Of a stretch of 64,000 nucleotides of DNA, positions 40,529 to 52,549 are shown piece after piece. Every line of letters starts with the position of its first letter. The stretch's first letter is position 1. Under the pieces are notes generated by a model. The model searched no databases. It was given only the letters and a program-made list of their open reading frames with translations, and had not been told where the DNA came from. This stretch comes from Vitrella brassicaformis CCMP3155 (lineage: Eukaryota > Protista > Chromerida). Both the position numbers and the translations under genes were made by a program. The stretch lies in assembly GCA_001179505.1 (NCBI GenBank), contig CDMY01000437.1, forward strand, positions 12,385 through 76,384, given 5' to 3'.

Positions 40529-41137
40529 GCCATGACCCGGGTCTGTCGTTGTCTGTCTGTTTGTGTGTGTTGTGCGCCGCTTACGCTTTGCCCTTAAAGC
40601 CGATTTTCTGGAGGTAGTTTGCCGTGGCTGACGCGGCGCAGTAGATGCTCTCCTCGGCGATGTCGTCAAACCCTCGACGCTGGAACATCTCGACGTACTG
40701 AATACACACACACACACACACACACACACACGTACACGTGGATCAACGCACCAACGCATCAAGAAAGAAGCACAAGGGAAGCAGTATGGACCTGCTTCTT
40801 GTTGAATATGGAGTTGTTGGTGCAGAAGAAGACTCGCTTCCCCATGGCCCGCAGCCGCACCAGCGCCTCCCGCGCCCCAGCGATCACCTCCGTCCCCTCC
40901 CACAACACGCCGTCCATGTCAAAGATGAAACCCTGACAAGAACAAACAGACGAACACACACGCACACACACACACACAGAGAGAGAGAGAGCGTGTGTCA
41001 CATGCATCCTTCGGTTCGCTTCTCATCAGCGCGATGACCTCATATCTGTTGACGATCTCCTTCTCGATGTCGGCGAAGTCGTCCAGATACCGACAGAGCT
41101 CCGGCACCTCAATGGTCTCCGCCGACCCGCTGCCCAT
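39153..41137 (-). CDS. PGP: HAD class IIA phosphatase (phosphoglycolate / 4-nitrophenyl phosphatase-like)
   Basis: Motif I FIFDMDGVLW, motif II TNNS, TNKD..FP...LPGAG, motif III GKP, motif IV MVGDNLFTDIEFG, and C-terminal PDFIVPSI. An N gap lies inside one intron. The frame is also open upstream to an ATG at 41365. Confidence 0.9.
40037..40336. other. Assembly gap (300 N) in a PGP intron; the flanks overlap
   Basis: GTGTGTGGAGGAGG occurs on both sides of the N run. Confidence 0.97.
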
Positions 41138-41392
41138 GGTAGAAATATCAGCGGCGCGTGGCACCGATGGCCGTGGCAGTACAGGCGGCTGCCAGTGCGG
41201 CGGGCGCGAGAGTCTGCCGCAGGTATACGCAGCAGACAGGAAGAGGGCGATGGGCAGCTGCCGCTGTCTACTTGTTGGGTGAGCCCGAGGGGTCCGCGGC
41301 TTGGAAGGACGGACAGCTACTTGTGTGAGGGATGGAACGACGCTGCTGATGAGCACAGATCTCATCAAACACGTTGCCCCCTTCCTTCGTGA

Positions 41393-41404
41393 GCTTAGCT
41401 CGCA
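41393..41404 (+). promoter_or_regulatory. Candidate promoter motif GCTTAGCTCGCA
   Basis: Exact 12-mer in the divergent spacer between PGP and the gene at 41553. Confidence 0.45.
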
Positions 41405-41552
41405 GGTGGGGATCGGGCGGTGGTTTCAGTCGAGAGAGGAGGCTTTGCCCAAGTAGTCGTTCGTGCATTTGCTGAGAGAGAAGATATCTGCCTCGAAATA
41501 GCGTAGATCGGCGGGTATGAGAGGTCCCGACGCTCTCGGCGTTGGCTCCTGC

Positions 41553-42238
41553 ATGATGACGATGCTCGTGCTGCTGCTCATCTGCGTCTGCTCCTTCACT
41601 GGTACGCCGCACACCGAGAGAACAGAAAGATCAGTGAGTGCCACTGCGATGCATCGACATAAGTGCGTGTTGTCCTGTCGCCTCCTTCCTTCTGTCGGTT
41701 GGTTCATTCCTGCGACGCCTGGCGTGGCGCATGCAGATGCATTCCATCTTCCTCCCCACCAGCTGCTGCCCTCGCGGCCCCAGACACTCCCACACCCACA
41801 GCCACACCCACAGCCACAGCCACAGGGACAGCCGCAGACAGTGTTGCGGCAGTACGCCGGAACGGAGCAGCTCGACGCCAGTGGTGCTGGTGGTGGCGAT
41901 ACGCTCATGCAGGCGCTCGTGGCGGGGCGGATCAGCGAGGAGGTGTTCCTGTACGAGCGTGACCGGCAGGAGCGAGAGCGGCTGCTGGCGCTGTTTGAGA
42001 AGGAGTCCTCTGACGACATGAAGAAGCAGCTCCTCGACCTGCTTATGCGCAAGGAAGGTGCAGACACAGACAGACAGGGAGGGAGGGAGGGAGGGGGAGG
42101 GGAGGCTGCACACACGACGGATTCTCCCTCTGTGTCTGTGTGTGTGTGTGAGGTTGACATGCAGGCGGGATGATGATGAAGGCCGGCGGGCCGAAGAAGG
42201 GGGCGAAGAAGGCGGCGCCCAAGAAACCGCTCCCCTGA
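41553..42238 (+). CDS. Small hypothetical protein with signal peptide and AF-type, possibly plastid, leader
   Basis: Exons 41553-41601, 41737-42057 and 42165-42238 are in phase: MMTMLVLLLICVCSFTDA-FHLPPHQLLPSRPQ..., then a helical core (EEVFLYERDRQERERLL...) and a Lys-rich tail KKGAKKAAPKKPLP*. Confidence 0.7.
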
Positions 42239-43189
42239 CAGCGACAAACCCGTCCACCCACCTCCACACGCGGCACGGCGAGCGGAGAGAGCGGGCGGAG
42301 ATTTTTAGAGCTCGCGTGATATGCGAGATCAGATCATCATGACGGCAGACTGGCTGGTGAAAAACAAGACAGGATGGGATGGCGGTGCTTAGCGTAGGTC
42401 TTACGGACGGGCGGACGGGACGAGTGCAGCTGTAGGGTAGGGCTTACCTTACGAGAGAGGGAGGGAGGGAGGGAGGGTGGGTGGGTGTATTGTGGGTGGG
42501 TAGGTGGGCAGATGGGATGGATGGGTGTTGCGGATTTAAGCCTCTCTCGGTGTGCGTGGCGTGGGTAGGCGATGGGTGATTTGTGTTGTGTTGTGCGGTG
42601 TGGTGTGGTGTGGTGTGGTGTACAGCGACTCCCTCCCTCCCATGTGGCCTCTTGACATTTCCATGGATGGACTATGCCAGTGGCCGCCTCGTCTCCCTCC
42701 CTCTCTCCCTCTCTCTCCCTCTCTCTCTCTCTCTCTTGCCTTAGTCTAGCCTTGCGCCTGTACAAAGGATGCTATGCTGCCTGCCTCCTCCCCTCCCCTC
42801 ATGGCCTCCCCCCTGTGCGCTCTGTGAGTGACAGACAAGTGTAGGTTGCGTCGACTGACATGGATGGACGAACAACGGATCTGATCTTAAGAATGACCGG
42901 ATCGGAGCTCATCTTGATCAACTGTAGCTAGCCAATGTCAGTCAGTCACTTATTCCCACACTCAGGCAGGACATTACTTACGCACATCACATCGATTCGA
43001 AACAATCGCCTTCGCACACGTACGTCACACGATCGCCTTCCCGACCGTGTGCGCTATCTAAGACATCTATATAGGCTCCGCCCAACCTGACACACACACG
43101 GAAAGACACATAGACACAATTCTGTTCGTCGTGTGTGTGGGCATCTTCTGCTCGTCTCAGCCGTGTTTGGTGCAAACATACCCAGCTGT

Positions 43190-44539
43190 CTACTGGCCGA
43201 AGAGGATGGCTGAGATGACGGCCCCCAGCACCACACGCGCCAGCTGAGTGGTCTGCGGGAAGCGGTCCCTGAAGGCACCACCCACACCACACACAGCCGG
43301 CTCGGTCGTGTAGACCCACACAATCACTGCGAACGAATGGCAGGAGAGCATATAGCAGCGGACAGTGCATGAGAGTATGTGCCTCCCTGGGTCTGTCACC
43401 CTCCTCGCCTCTTTTGTTATACCGTGCGGGGCTGACCGTTGATGCCCGGCAGATCCTTGACGGCGATCCATGCGACGAACGAGTGGCCGGCGTCGGTGAG
43501 CACGAGACAGCGCCAAGGGAAGCGATGTGATGTGGTTGTGGTGCATCCCTCCACTGGTGTGTGGGGGGACTGTGTCAGCAGGTTGAGCAGCCGGTCGTTG
43601 TCGACATGCCTGACACACACACACAACATACACTCGTGTGACGTGAGCATTCCCACACAGAGTGATGCCCCACCTCACCTGTTGATAGAATGGCCGGTTG
43701 TGGTGTTGGTCTGGTGAGTCTCCGTGAAGTGGTAGAGGACGATCCACTTGACGAACGACGACACAGACGAGTAGTCACGAGCCAACGAAATCAGCGACTG
43801 CCAGCCCTCGGGCGGACCATAGTCGATGCTGCTGCGGACGGGCGGGTCATGCTGCTGTCGGTGCTGCTGGTAGGGGTGGTTGGGAGGGAGGGGCGGGTCG
43901 ATGTCGATCTCGAAGCCGTACTGGTCCTTGATAGCCCGCAGCCCGTTGCCGTGTTGGAACAGCTGGAAGGTCACGCCGTTGCCGAAGTGGATGTGGGGGC
44001 CGACCATCTTGAGCTGAGCCAACACACGGGGAGCGGCCAAATACGCCTACACACACAACACATCAACACATTGACCACACACCGATTGAGAGCCATCCCT
44101 CCTCCCTCCCTCCCTCCCTCGGTTGGCTTACCGTCTTGTTTGGGTATTGGTGCAGATCGCCCGCAGTGAGGCTCACAGGCAGCTGGCAGTTGCCGCACTG
44201 CCCCGCCAGCCCAACCACCTCGCTCATCTCACTCCAGCCGCCCGCCTCCGTCACACACAGCGCCGCCAGCAGGTCACCCACACCCATCTGCTGGTCGTCG
44301 AATGTCAGCAGCTGCTGTCCGTTGGCCGTCCGCCGCAGCCCCGCCTGTGTGCCGAGCGAATGGCGGAGCCGCTGCCGCAGCTGAGCCGCTTTGAAGAGCT
44401 CTCTGAGCCAGCGGCATGTGGCCCTCAGCTGCAGGACATCATCGAGGCTGAGAAGGTAGAAGGTGCGGCGGCCGACGAAGATGTACTCGATGGGGTGCTG
44501 CTGCTGCTGGTCGGGCTGCTGTTGCTGTGTGTCCTGCAT
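43190..44539 (-). CDS. Lineage-specific multigene family protein, copy 2
   Basis: Same exon layout as copy 1 and highly similar (HPIEYIFVGRRTFYLLSLDD...HQYPNKT | AYLAAPRVLAQLKMVGPHI...AVISAILFGQ*). Confidence 0.82.
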
Positions 44540-44667
44540 GGCAGTCAAGATCTGCCGACAGAGGCGGATGGACGAGAGAAAGAGAGGGCGGGCTGGGGGC
44601 GATGCCTCAAGACGAGATGCCGGGAAGAAGCAGAAGACGATGCGAAAAGGTCATGTCTTTCCCTCCA

Positions 44668-44678
44668 GCTTAGCTCGC
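44668..44678 (+). promoter_or_regulatory. Candidate promoter motif GCTTAGCTCGC
   Basis: Lies in a divergent spacer. It is part of the 5' flank shared with family copy 1, so it is not independent of 20285. Confidence 0.4.
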
Positions 44679-44767
44679 TGTCAGGCTAGGACATTGCGTG
44701 AAACTGTTCGCCCCGCGTCGCTGCGGGGAGGTATTCCTGAAACCGCTCTGGAAGGGAGACGTTCTGT

Positions 44768-45723
44768 ATGTATGGAATCGCCGGATCATTTCGTCTGCTC
44801 TCGGCAGAGTGGATATTCTCTGCCGCAAGGGCAGGCGCCCGAGAGCTCTTCCACCCCCAACCTGATGCATCCTCTCCCCGCCGCAGTAAGCAGCAATGAG
44901 CGCCACAGACGCCGGGCACTCTGCATGCATTCACTTCGTTGTCATGATTTTCTGTCAGGCTCTTCATCGCAGCGTGGCCGTGAATTCGGCGGCATCCACC
45001 ACCTGGGACAGCTCTGCGGCCCTCACCTGAGCTGCCTGGGCTACAGGAAGTCAACACACAACGTCCGCTCGCCCAGCAGATCCCATGAAGACCCTCTCAG
45101 TGAGCTCTTCTCGGTGCTGGAGGAGGAGGAGGCGCGGGGCGAGGACATCAAGGCGGTTCACGGGCAGCTGCAGCAGATGGAGGCCATTCTGGCCGATGAG
45201 GACGGCTCTGGAAGGCTGCTGGAGGGCATGGCAGACGACGGGGTGGGAGGGATGACGGTGCGAGAGGTCGCGGAGGGGGTGAGGGAGCTCCTGCCGTTCG
45301 TGACGGTGCATGACGTCCGCAAGCACCTGGTTAGCCGCATTGAGAGGGAGGGAGAGGCAGGGGAGGGTGGGCACGATGACTGCGTGAGTACGGGAGGCCT
45401 CCGGCAGCACATGGAGGGATTCCTGCAGGCCAAGCGAGATGAGCTGCAGGTAAGCGACACTTCACATGTCAATGCCCTCCCTTCTCATATGTGTGTGTGG
45501 CTGCATGCAGGTGGTCGAGGCGGGTTTGATCGGTCGCCGGGTGGCGTGTGAGCGTCGCGCGGAGGAAATGCGGCAGCGGCTGAGGCGGCGGTACTGCACC
45601 GTCATGTCGCGGCGGCTGGACGTCACGCCCAGCGAACAGCTGCTGCTCAAGAAAGACGGCGTGAGGAAGATACTCAACACCAGGTGAGTCAGAGGCACAA
45701 CAGGCAAGACAGAGAGAGAGAGA

Positions 45724-45765
<42 letters not shown>

Positions 45766-46475
45766 TGCATTGCGCCTATCGCACTTTGTCTGTCGTTCGT
45801 CAATGCAGTCCTCGCCCGTTGGTCGACGCCCTGTTCCACCACTGCATACTGACCCAGGACCATGAGCAAGCAGCTGCCGACACCAACAACGGCAGCAGCA
45901 ACGAGATCCCCTCCCCCGCCCCTTTTCCCTCTCCGCGAACCATCCACTGGCAAGAGATCGAGGCCCTTTTCGACCTGCCGTCCCTCCGGATGATCCGAGA
46001 GTCATACCTCTCGCCACCGTTCCTCTTCGACCTCAGCAGCGATGAGTCGTCCCCCTCACGCCGGCGGTCCCGGCAGACGCGCAAGACTATCGGAGGCGCC
46101 CTCGACGGAGGTCGGTCGCCGCCCTTGCTGCCCCCAATGTTCCTCACACCCACGGTCCCAACGCCGACTATCCAACGGCCCCGCAGCAACGATTTCGTGG
46201 ACAACAACGAGCATCAGCATGACCATGGCGACGACGAGCAGTCAGATGTGCCCCCGGTCAACGTGGGCAGCCCTTCGCGGACTGTACGGTCGGTGCAGTC
46301 GAGCTCGCCGACACGCGGCCACCGGTGCGTGGCGCTTGCAGTCAACAGGCCGCTGCATTATGTGGACAGCGGCGTGAGCGTGCCTGTGGTGCCGTATCCG
46401 CCGTTCTGCATGGGCGAGGGCGAGAATGGTGACCGGTTCGCAGAGGGAGGGGGAGGGGGGGCGCTGCGTGCATGA
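44768..46475 (+). CDS. Hypothetical protein, helical middle and Ser/Pro-rich C-terminus
   Basis: Phase-consistent model: MYGIAGSF...PRR | SSSQR...AKRDELQ | VVEAGL...KILNT | SPRPLVDALF...GGALRA*. The start is tentative. Confidence 0.6.
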
Positions 46476-46905
46476 GCTGGACACGTGTGATGCATGATGA
46501 TCGATGGGTGATGGGTGGGTGATGGGTGGGCTGTTTGTTGTAGAGTGCGTACCTGCACACCTACACACACACACAGATACATACCTACACACACAGAGGT
46601 GTATAGCTGGTCTGCACGGGCCTGCATTGACTGCATGGGTGCGCATGGTGGATGGATGGATGAATGGAGGGAGGGACAGTGGACAGTACTGTCGTTGGGA
46701 AGAGACCGACCGACTGGGACAGACTGCTCGAACTGATTCGCCATGTGTCTGTACATTTCCACGCAAGGCGACACACGGCTCATTAGCTATGCGATGAGGA
46801 GGCCTTACCGACACCAACACACCACATGTGCCCAAGAAAGCAGAAACTACAGCCAACATGGTTCCGCCATCCCTATGTCTCTCCATCTATCTCTGTCTGT
46901 GTATA

Positions 46906-49203
46906 TCACGCGATGGCGGTCTGCGGCCATATGATGACCACAACATCGTTGTGTCGGCCGCCGCCTCGCACGGCCGCCATGACGTTGCTGTTGTCTAGAT
47001 TGCTGTGCCCGGTCACTCTATTGAGCTTGAAGCCCTCACTGCCGAGAGCGGTGGCAATCGCATGGAAATTCAAGGCCGCCTACGACCATCAGTCCATCCA
47101 AACACACACAGACAGGCACATCTGCGCGTGGGTGAGTTGTTAATTCCCGTTTCCTGTCCTCACCGTGGCGTATTGTCGTTTCTTGTTTTCGTCGTTTGTG
47201 AGATAGTTCTCGTTCGCTTGGATGGCCCGCTCGGTCTCGGCCAGTGCGGCATCGAGCTTCTGGGCCTGCTGCGCCAGCATCGCCTTGTCCGACTGGCGAA
47301 GCGAACCCTGAATCATGAACGACAAGAGACAAGCAGACACAAGAGAGAGGTGGAGACACGGATTCACCCCTGTGCGCACCTGTCTGTCGTTGGCTACTAC
47401 TCCTCTCATGTTGTTCATATCCTTGTCTGTCATGAATATGCGGTGGGTCTTGTGCGTGACGTCAGACACATACGAGAGCTCATACACATGGCCGGCACGG
47501 GCGGCTCGGACCAGACTACTGCAGCAACACACAAGCAGAGATGTGTTGTGTCTGCCTCTCTCTCTCTCTGTGTGTGTGTGTGTGTCTGTGCCCACGTGCC
47601 TTAGCTCATCACCACAATGTCCTTGTGGCCTTGCTGGCTCGCACGGTCGACGGCCGTCTCGTCGACAGGCATCTTGTTGAATCCGCCGCTGCCGACGGCC
47701 TTGGCGATGGCATCGAAATTCAACACAGCCTGCACCACCGACACAAAGACTCCAGACGAGACACAGGTCTGTGTGAGGGCTGGGGTGCGTACCGCGGCGT
47801 AATTGCGTTTGTCAGTTTCGTTATTGTCGAGGTATCTCGGGTCGGCCTCGATGCGCTTCTCGATCTCGTCTAGTGCGGCATCGAGCTTCTGGGCCTGCTG
47901 GGCCAGCATCGCCTTGTCATACTGAGAAAGCGGGCCCTTAACACACACATACGCAGAGAGAGTAGAGAGGGGCACACACACAGACGTCTCTATTGTGCGT
48001 ACGTGTTGTGTGTCGACAACCACTGAGGTGAGCTCTTTCATGTCCTTCTCGTCGATAAATATGCGGTGGGTCTTGCGGGTCACGTCAGACGCATAGGATA
48101 TCTCATACACATGGCCGGCACGGGCAAGACGACCCATCGCCTCCATCTCCACACTGTACTCACACCCACACAGACCGGAATCAAACGCATCCATCCATTG
48201 GTGGTGGCCATCTGTGCGCACCTATATGCGATGTCCGCCCCACCCGGGGCACTCTGCTGATTTGGCTGCTCTGGCTCTGGCTCAGCCTCCGGCTCCTGCT
48301 GTGGAGCTGACGGCGGGGGCATCGCGGCAGAGTGGTGGTGGTGGGCCTGCTCAGAAAACTTGACGAGCTCACATTCGCCCGAGGCCGTGTCTGTGCATGC
48401 TGGTGCTGACGGGGGGAGGTCCTGTCGGGGCGGCAGATGCAGCTGCTCCGTCCGATGCTGCAACCGCTCCGTTCGATGCAATGCAACGGGCGGGATGGGG
48501 GGAATTGGCGGGATGGGCGGGATGGGCGGGATGGGCGGGATGTCGGCCGCCGCACCAGAGGGCGCGCACACCGCCACCAATACCAGAGACAGCAGGCTCA
48601 CCAGCAACACTGCACCCATTGCAGCAAGACATGCACAGACAAACACGGTCCACAGTGCTTGTTCCCCTGCTTACCTCTGGGGCCACGCTCGGGCGCCTGG
48701 ATCTCCTCTTTGTGGCACTTGTTCCGGCCGCCATGGCCATGCCGATGTCCCTCCCGCACATACGTCCCGCCCCCCCTCGCGCGCCCGCCGCCCCCGCCAG
48801 CAGCCTTCACCTCCCGCATCACCATGCCGCGAGAGGGCACCTCACACACATCCTCACGCGGAGCAACCTGAACCTCCTTCAGCACCGCCCCGCGAGAGGC
48901 CGGGGCCTCACGCGCAGCGGCCTGGATCTCCTTCATGACCTTCCCGCGGCTGGGCGCGGTGGCAATGGAGATCTCCTCCATCACACGACCGCGGCTGGGA
49001 GCGGGAGCGTCCGATACGCGGTTCTCATTGCTGTTCATGGAGATCTCTTGCATGATGTGGCCGCGGCCGGGCGGCGAGGCGGTGAAGATGCTGGAGAGTG
49101 CGGCAGATCTGGTGGGCGGGGCGGGCGCCTCCTCGTCGTAGGTTGGGAAGCCCGGGTGGGCGGAGTCGCCACACGGAGGGGAAGCCTTCTCCTTACTGAA
49201 CAT
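46906..49203 (-). CDS. Putative single-pass membrane protein with SRGxVMxE repeats, (IPP)n and two tandem ~140-aa domains; interrupted by an in-frame TAA at 47601-47603
   Basis: The first exon carries five SRG/RG-x-(V/I)-(M/L)-x-E-(I/V) repeats. A phase-1 intron leads into the hydrophobic VLLVSLLSLVLVAVCAP, then IPP repeats. Two paralogous 3-exon units follow (RAGHVYEISYASDVTRKTHRIF vs RAGHVYELSYVSDVTHKTHRIF; DKAMLAQQAQKLDAAL in both), differing at several synonymous sites. Confidence 0.7.
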
Positions 49204-49429
49204 TGCACACCGGAAAGCGCTCCTGGCCAAGTATGGAATTCTCGCCGAAGCTCGCGTTGAAATTTCTTTGCGAACACAGTTTTGGTGATGACAGGCATGT
49301 CTGATGCCTCCACACCTCCTCTCATCACCATCATCGGTAAGACCTCTCGGCCCATTCACTCAGTGAGCCGGTGCGCTAAGCCTTCCCATCAGCGAGGCCA
49401 ACTGAGGGAGGCAGGCAGACAGATGATCC

Positions 49430-52045
49430 ATGAGATATGGAAACGACAGGCAACGCATTCCCTTCCCTCCCTGCGTGGCTGTGCGGTGTGTGTGCTGTCA
49501 GATCTGACTGTGACGGGCTGAGTGAGAGGTTCTGGACGGCTGTGGCGGGCAGCACTCATCAGTCGGGCTGCTTCTTGATGGCTGACGTTAGTTTCAGCTC
49601 GATAGCTGACGCCACAGCTCTCACACTGAGCAGTGAGTCGGCAGACTGAGAGCACAGGCACACTGATGACTGCATCCCATCTCGCTGTGTGGCTGGGCTG
49701 CTTCCTTGGTGCAGGTGGTTGACCGTGTTCGTCAGATGGATAGTAGCCACGACGCACCGGCTCCCTCGAGAGGTGGGCGATGGCGCACACAATGGACACA
49801 CACAGCTGCCATGTGTGTGTGTGGTGACGGTGTGTGTGGTCCAGGTGGGCGGGGCGACGTGTCAGACGATAGCTTGCGAGATGTCATAGATCAGATCCAA
49901 TCCGTGAGGGAGGGAGGGAGGGAGGAGGGAGGCGCCAGACCGACCATTCATTCACTGGCTGTTTGCCTGTCTGTCTGTTTGCCTTCAGATCGCATGTGAG
50001 ATGGCCGCGCCGGTTCGGCGGGCGAGGGAGCTGATCCAACGCAACCAACACAACGACACACAGGTCCGCCTGCACGAGTGCCGCATCTCTCTCTCTCTCT
50101 CCGTCGTGTTTGTTGCCGTTGACAGGTTTGTGCGTCGGCGGCTGGTCGACGGCTGTTGGGTCTTCTGACGAACCTCACCGACGCCCACTCGGCCCTCAGC
50201 AATGAGCTGACACAGACGCCCGCTAACCACAACAAACGCGTAAGGCTCCACCGACCACTGGATGGCACACACAAGCCGGCCACTCCTCTGTGTGTCGATG
50301 TGTATTGATATCAGCGAATGGATGTCGACGGCGGGGCTGCTCAGTGGCGGGCGGGCGACGCTGTGGGACCGAAGGAGACCGACAGCAACAAACAGCATAG
50401 CAACGAGGTGCGCACAGGTCCACACCCACACACACAGGCACACAAACTCATTGATGTGTGTCGCTGGTCAGGTGCCTGCTGAAGACGGCGGCGCCAAGAA
50501 GCGTAGACGCGTAGACATCAGCCATACTGCTGATGCTGCTGGTGGGCACAGCGGAGGTACGGAAAGCATCGGCTGCCGTTGGTGGACTGCACATCGTCAT
50601 GACCCTCCTGTGCTGTGTGGTGCCTTCAGGTGGCTCGGTTGGTGCGGGTGGTGCTGCGGCAGACTCACAGCAGCAACAGGGAGGTGCCACCTCACTGTCG
50701 GCAGATATGACGGCCCCCAACCAGCAGCAGCAGCAGCAGCACCCCGTGTGGTACGTCCTCGCCCACCGCGGCAGCGATTTTCTGCTGCGGGATGTGCTGC
50801 GTCTGAGGAAGACCTGCAAATGGGCCAGACAGCTCTTCGGAGCGCCTCAGCTGCGGCAGCGGCTCAGCCATGAGCTCAGCACACAGGCGGGGCTGCGGCG
50901 GACGGCCAACGGACAGCAGCTGCTGACCTTCGACGACCAGCAGATGGGCGAGGGTGACCTGCTGGCGGCGCTGTGTGTGACGGAGGCGGGCGGCTGGAGT
51001 GAGATGAGCGAGGCGGTCGAGCTGGCGGGGCAGTGCGGCAACTGCCAGCTGCCTGTGAGCCTCACTGCGAGCGATCTGCACCAATACCCAAACAAGACGG
51101 TAAGCCAACCGAGGGAGGGAGGGAGGGAGAAAGGATTGCTCTCAATCGGTGTGTGGTGTGTTGTGTGTGTAGGCGTATCTGGCCGCTCCCCGTGTGTTGG
51201 CTCAGCTCAAGATGGTCGGCCCCCACATCGACTTCGGCGACAACACGACCTTTGAGCTGTTCCGCTACGGCAACGCACTGCGGGCCATCAAGGACCAAGG
51301 CGGCTTCGCTATCAACACCAACCAGACCCTCCCTGCCCACCACCCCATCCAACAGCACCGACAACAGCATGACCCGCCCGTCCGCAGCAACATCTCATAT
51401 GATCCGCCCGAGGGCTGGGTGTCGCTGGCGGCTCGGGTCTCCTCGTCTGTGTCGTCGTTCGTCAAGAGCATCGTCATCGGCCACTTCTGGGGGACTCACC
51501 AACTCAACTCCACTAGCCAGGGCATCAACAGGTGAGGCGGGGCATCACTCTGAGAGGGCATTCCCACGGCACACGAGTGTGTGTACGTTGTGTGTCTCTT
51601 CATCATCAGGCATGCTGACAACAGCCGGCTGATCACACTGCTGCCGACGCAGTCCCCTCACACGCCGGTCGAGGGATGCACCAGCACAACTGCATCACGC
51701 CGTTCCACTGACGGCATGACTTACCGTCATCTCGTCCTGACCGACGCCGGCCACCCCTTCTTCGCATGGATCACTGTCATGTACAGGCCCAATTTCAACA
51801 CTGGTCAGCCCAGCACGGCACAGCAAGGGGGAGGAGGGTGACAAATCCAGGGAGGCACATATTCTCATGTGCTGTCCGCTGCTGTGCTCTCCTGTCTTTC
51901 GTTTGCAGTGATGGTTGAGGTCTACACGACCGAGCCGGCTGTGTCTGGTGGTGGTGGCGCCTTCAAGGGCCGCTTCCCGGAGACCACTCGGCTGGCGCGT
52001 GTGGTGCTAGGGCCCGTCATCTCAGCCATGATCTTCGACCAATAG
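49430..52045 (+). CDS. Lineage-specific multigene family protein, copy 3, with a long multi-exon N-terminal extension
   Basis: Exons 49502-49586, 49715-49772, 49845-49903, 49989-50063, 50126-50239, 50315-50407 and 50472-50556 are all phase-compatible and lead into exon 50630-51099, which carries the family start MTAPNQQQQQQHPVWY. The family exons end at TAG 52045. The first exon and ATG (49430) are tentative. Confidence 0.72.
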
Positions 52046-52549
52046 ACAGCTGGGTATGTTTGCACCAAACAAGACTGACACGAGCAGCAGATGCCCGAAC
52101 GACGTACGCAATTGTGTCTGACTGTGCCTTCTCTCTTTCCATCTGTGTGTGTCAGGCTGGGTAGTGATGTCATGCCTTTGGTCGGTCTCCGTCTCGTTGG
52201 GTGTGATGACTTGCGGCACCGGCGGTGGGGTGACACTCATTCGAAGATTGCACGCCCGAGTTTTGTGGGGTCACGATATCTATCTGTGTGTGGGTGTGCG
52301 TGCTTGCAATGACTTCCCACTCATCTGTGTGACAGCGGGATGCACAGACCATCTCACTCAAGTTGTCAATGGGCCTTTTTCGCTTGTCCGGTTGAACATA
52401 GACCAAGCACCGACAACGGAGCCAACCGACCAACCAACGACACATCATCTCATCAATCAGTGAGTAAATGACTGGTGGGCAGCTGGCCCGACCCTCCAAC
52501 CATTTATGAATTCATCCCCTCTGCTGTGCATCTATCTACATGCAGCTAG

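Noticed and set aside
48985-49772. Peptide DAPAPSRG in both divergent genes (minus exon 1 and plus exon 49715-49772)
   Set aside because: Codons differ, there is no flanking similarity, and the composition is low-complexity; probably coincidence.
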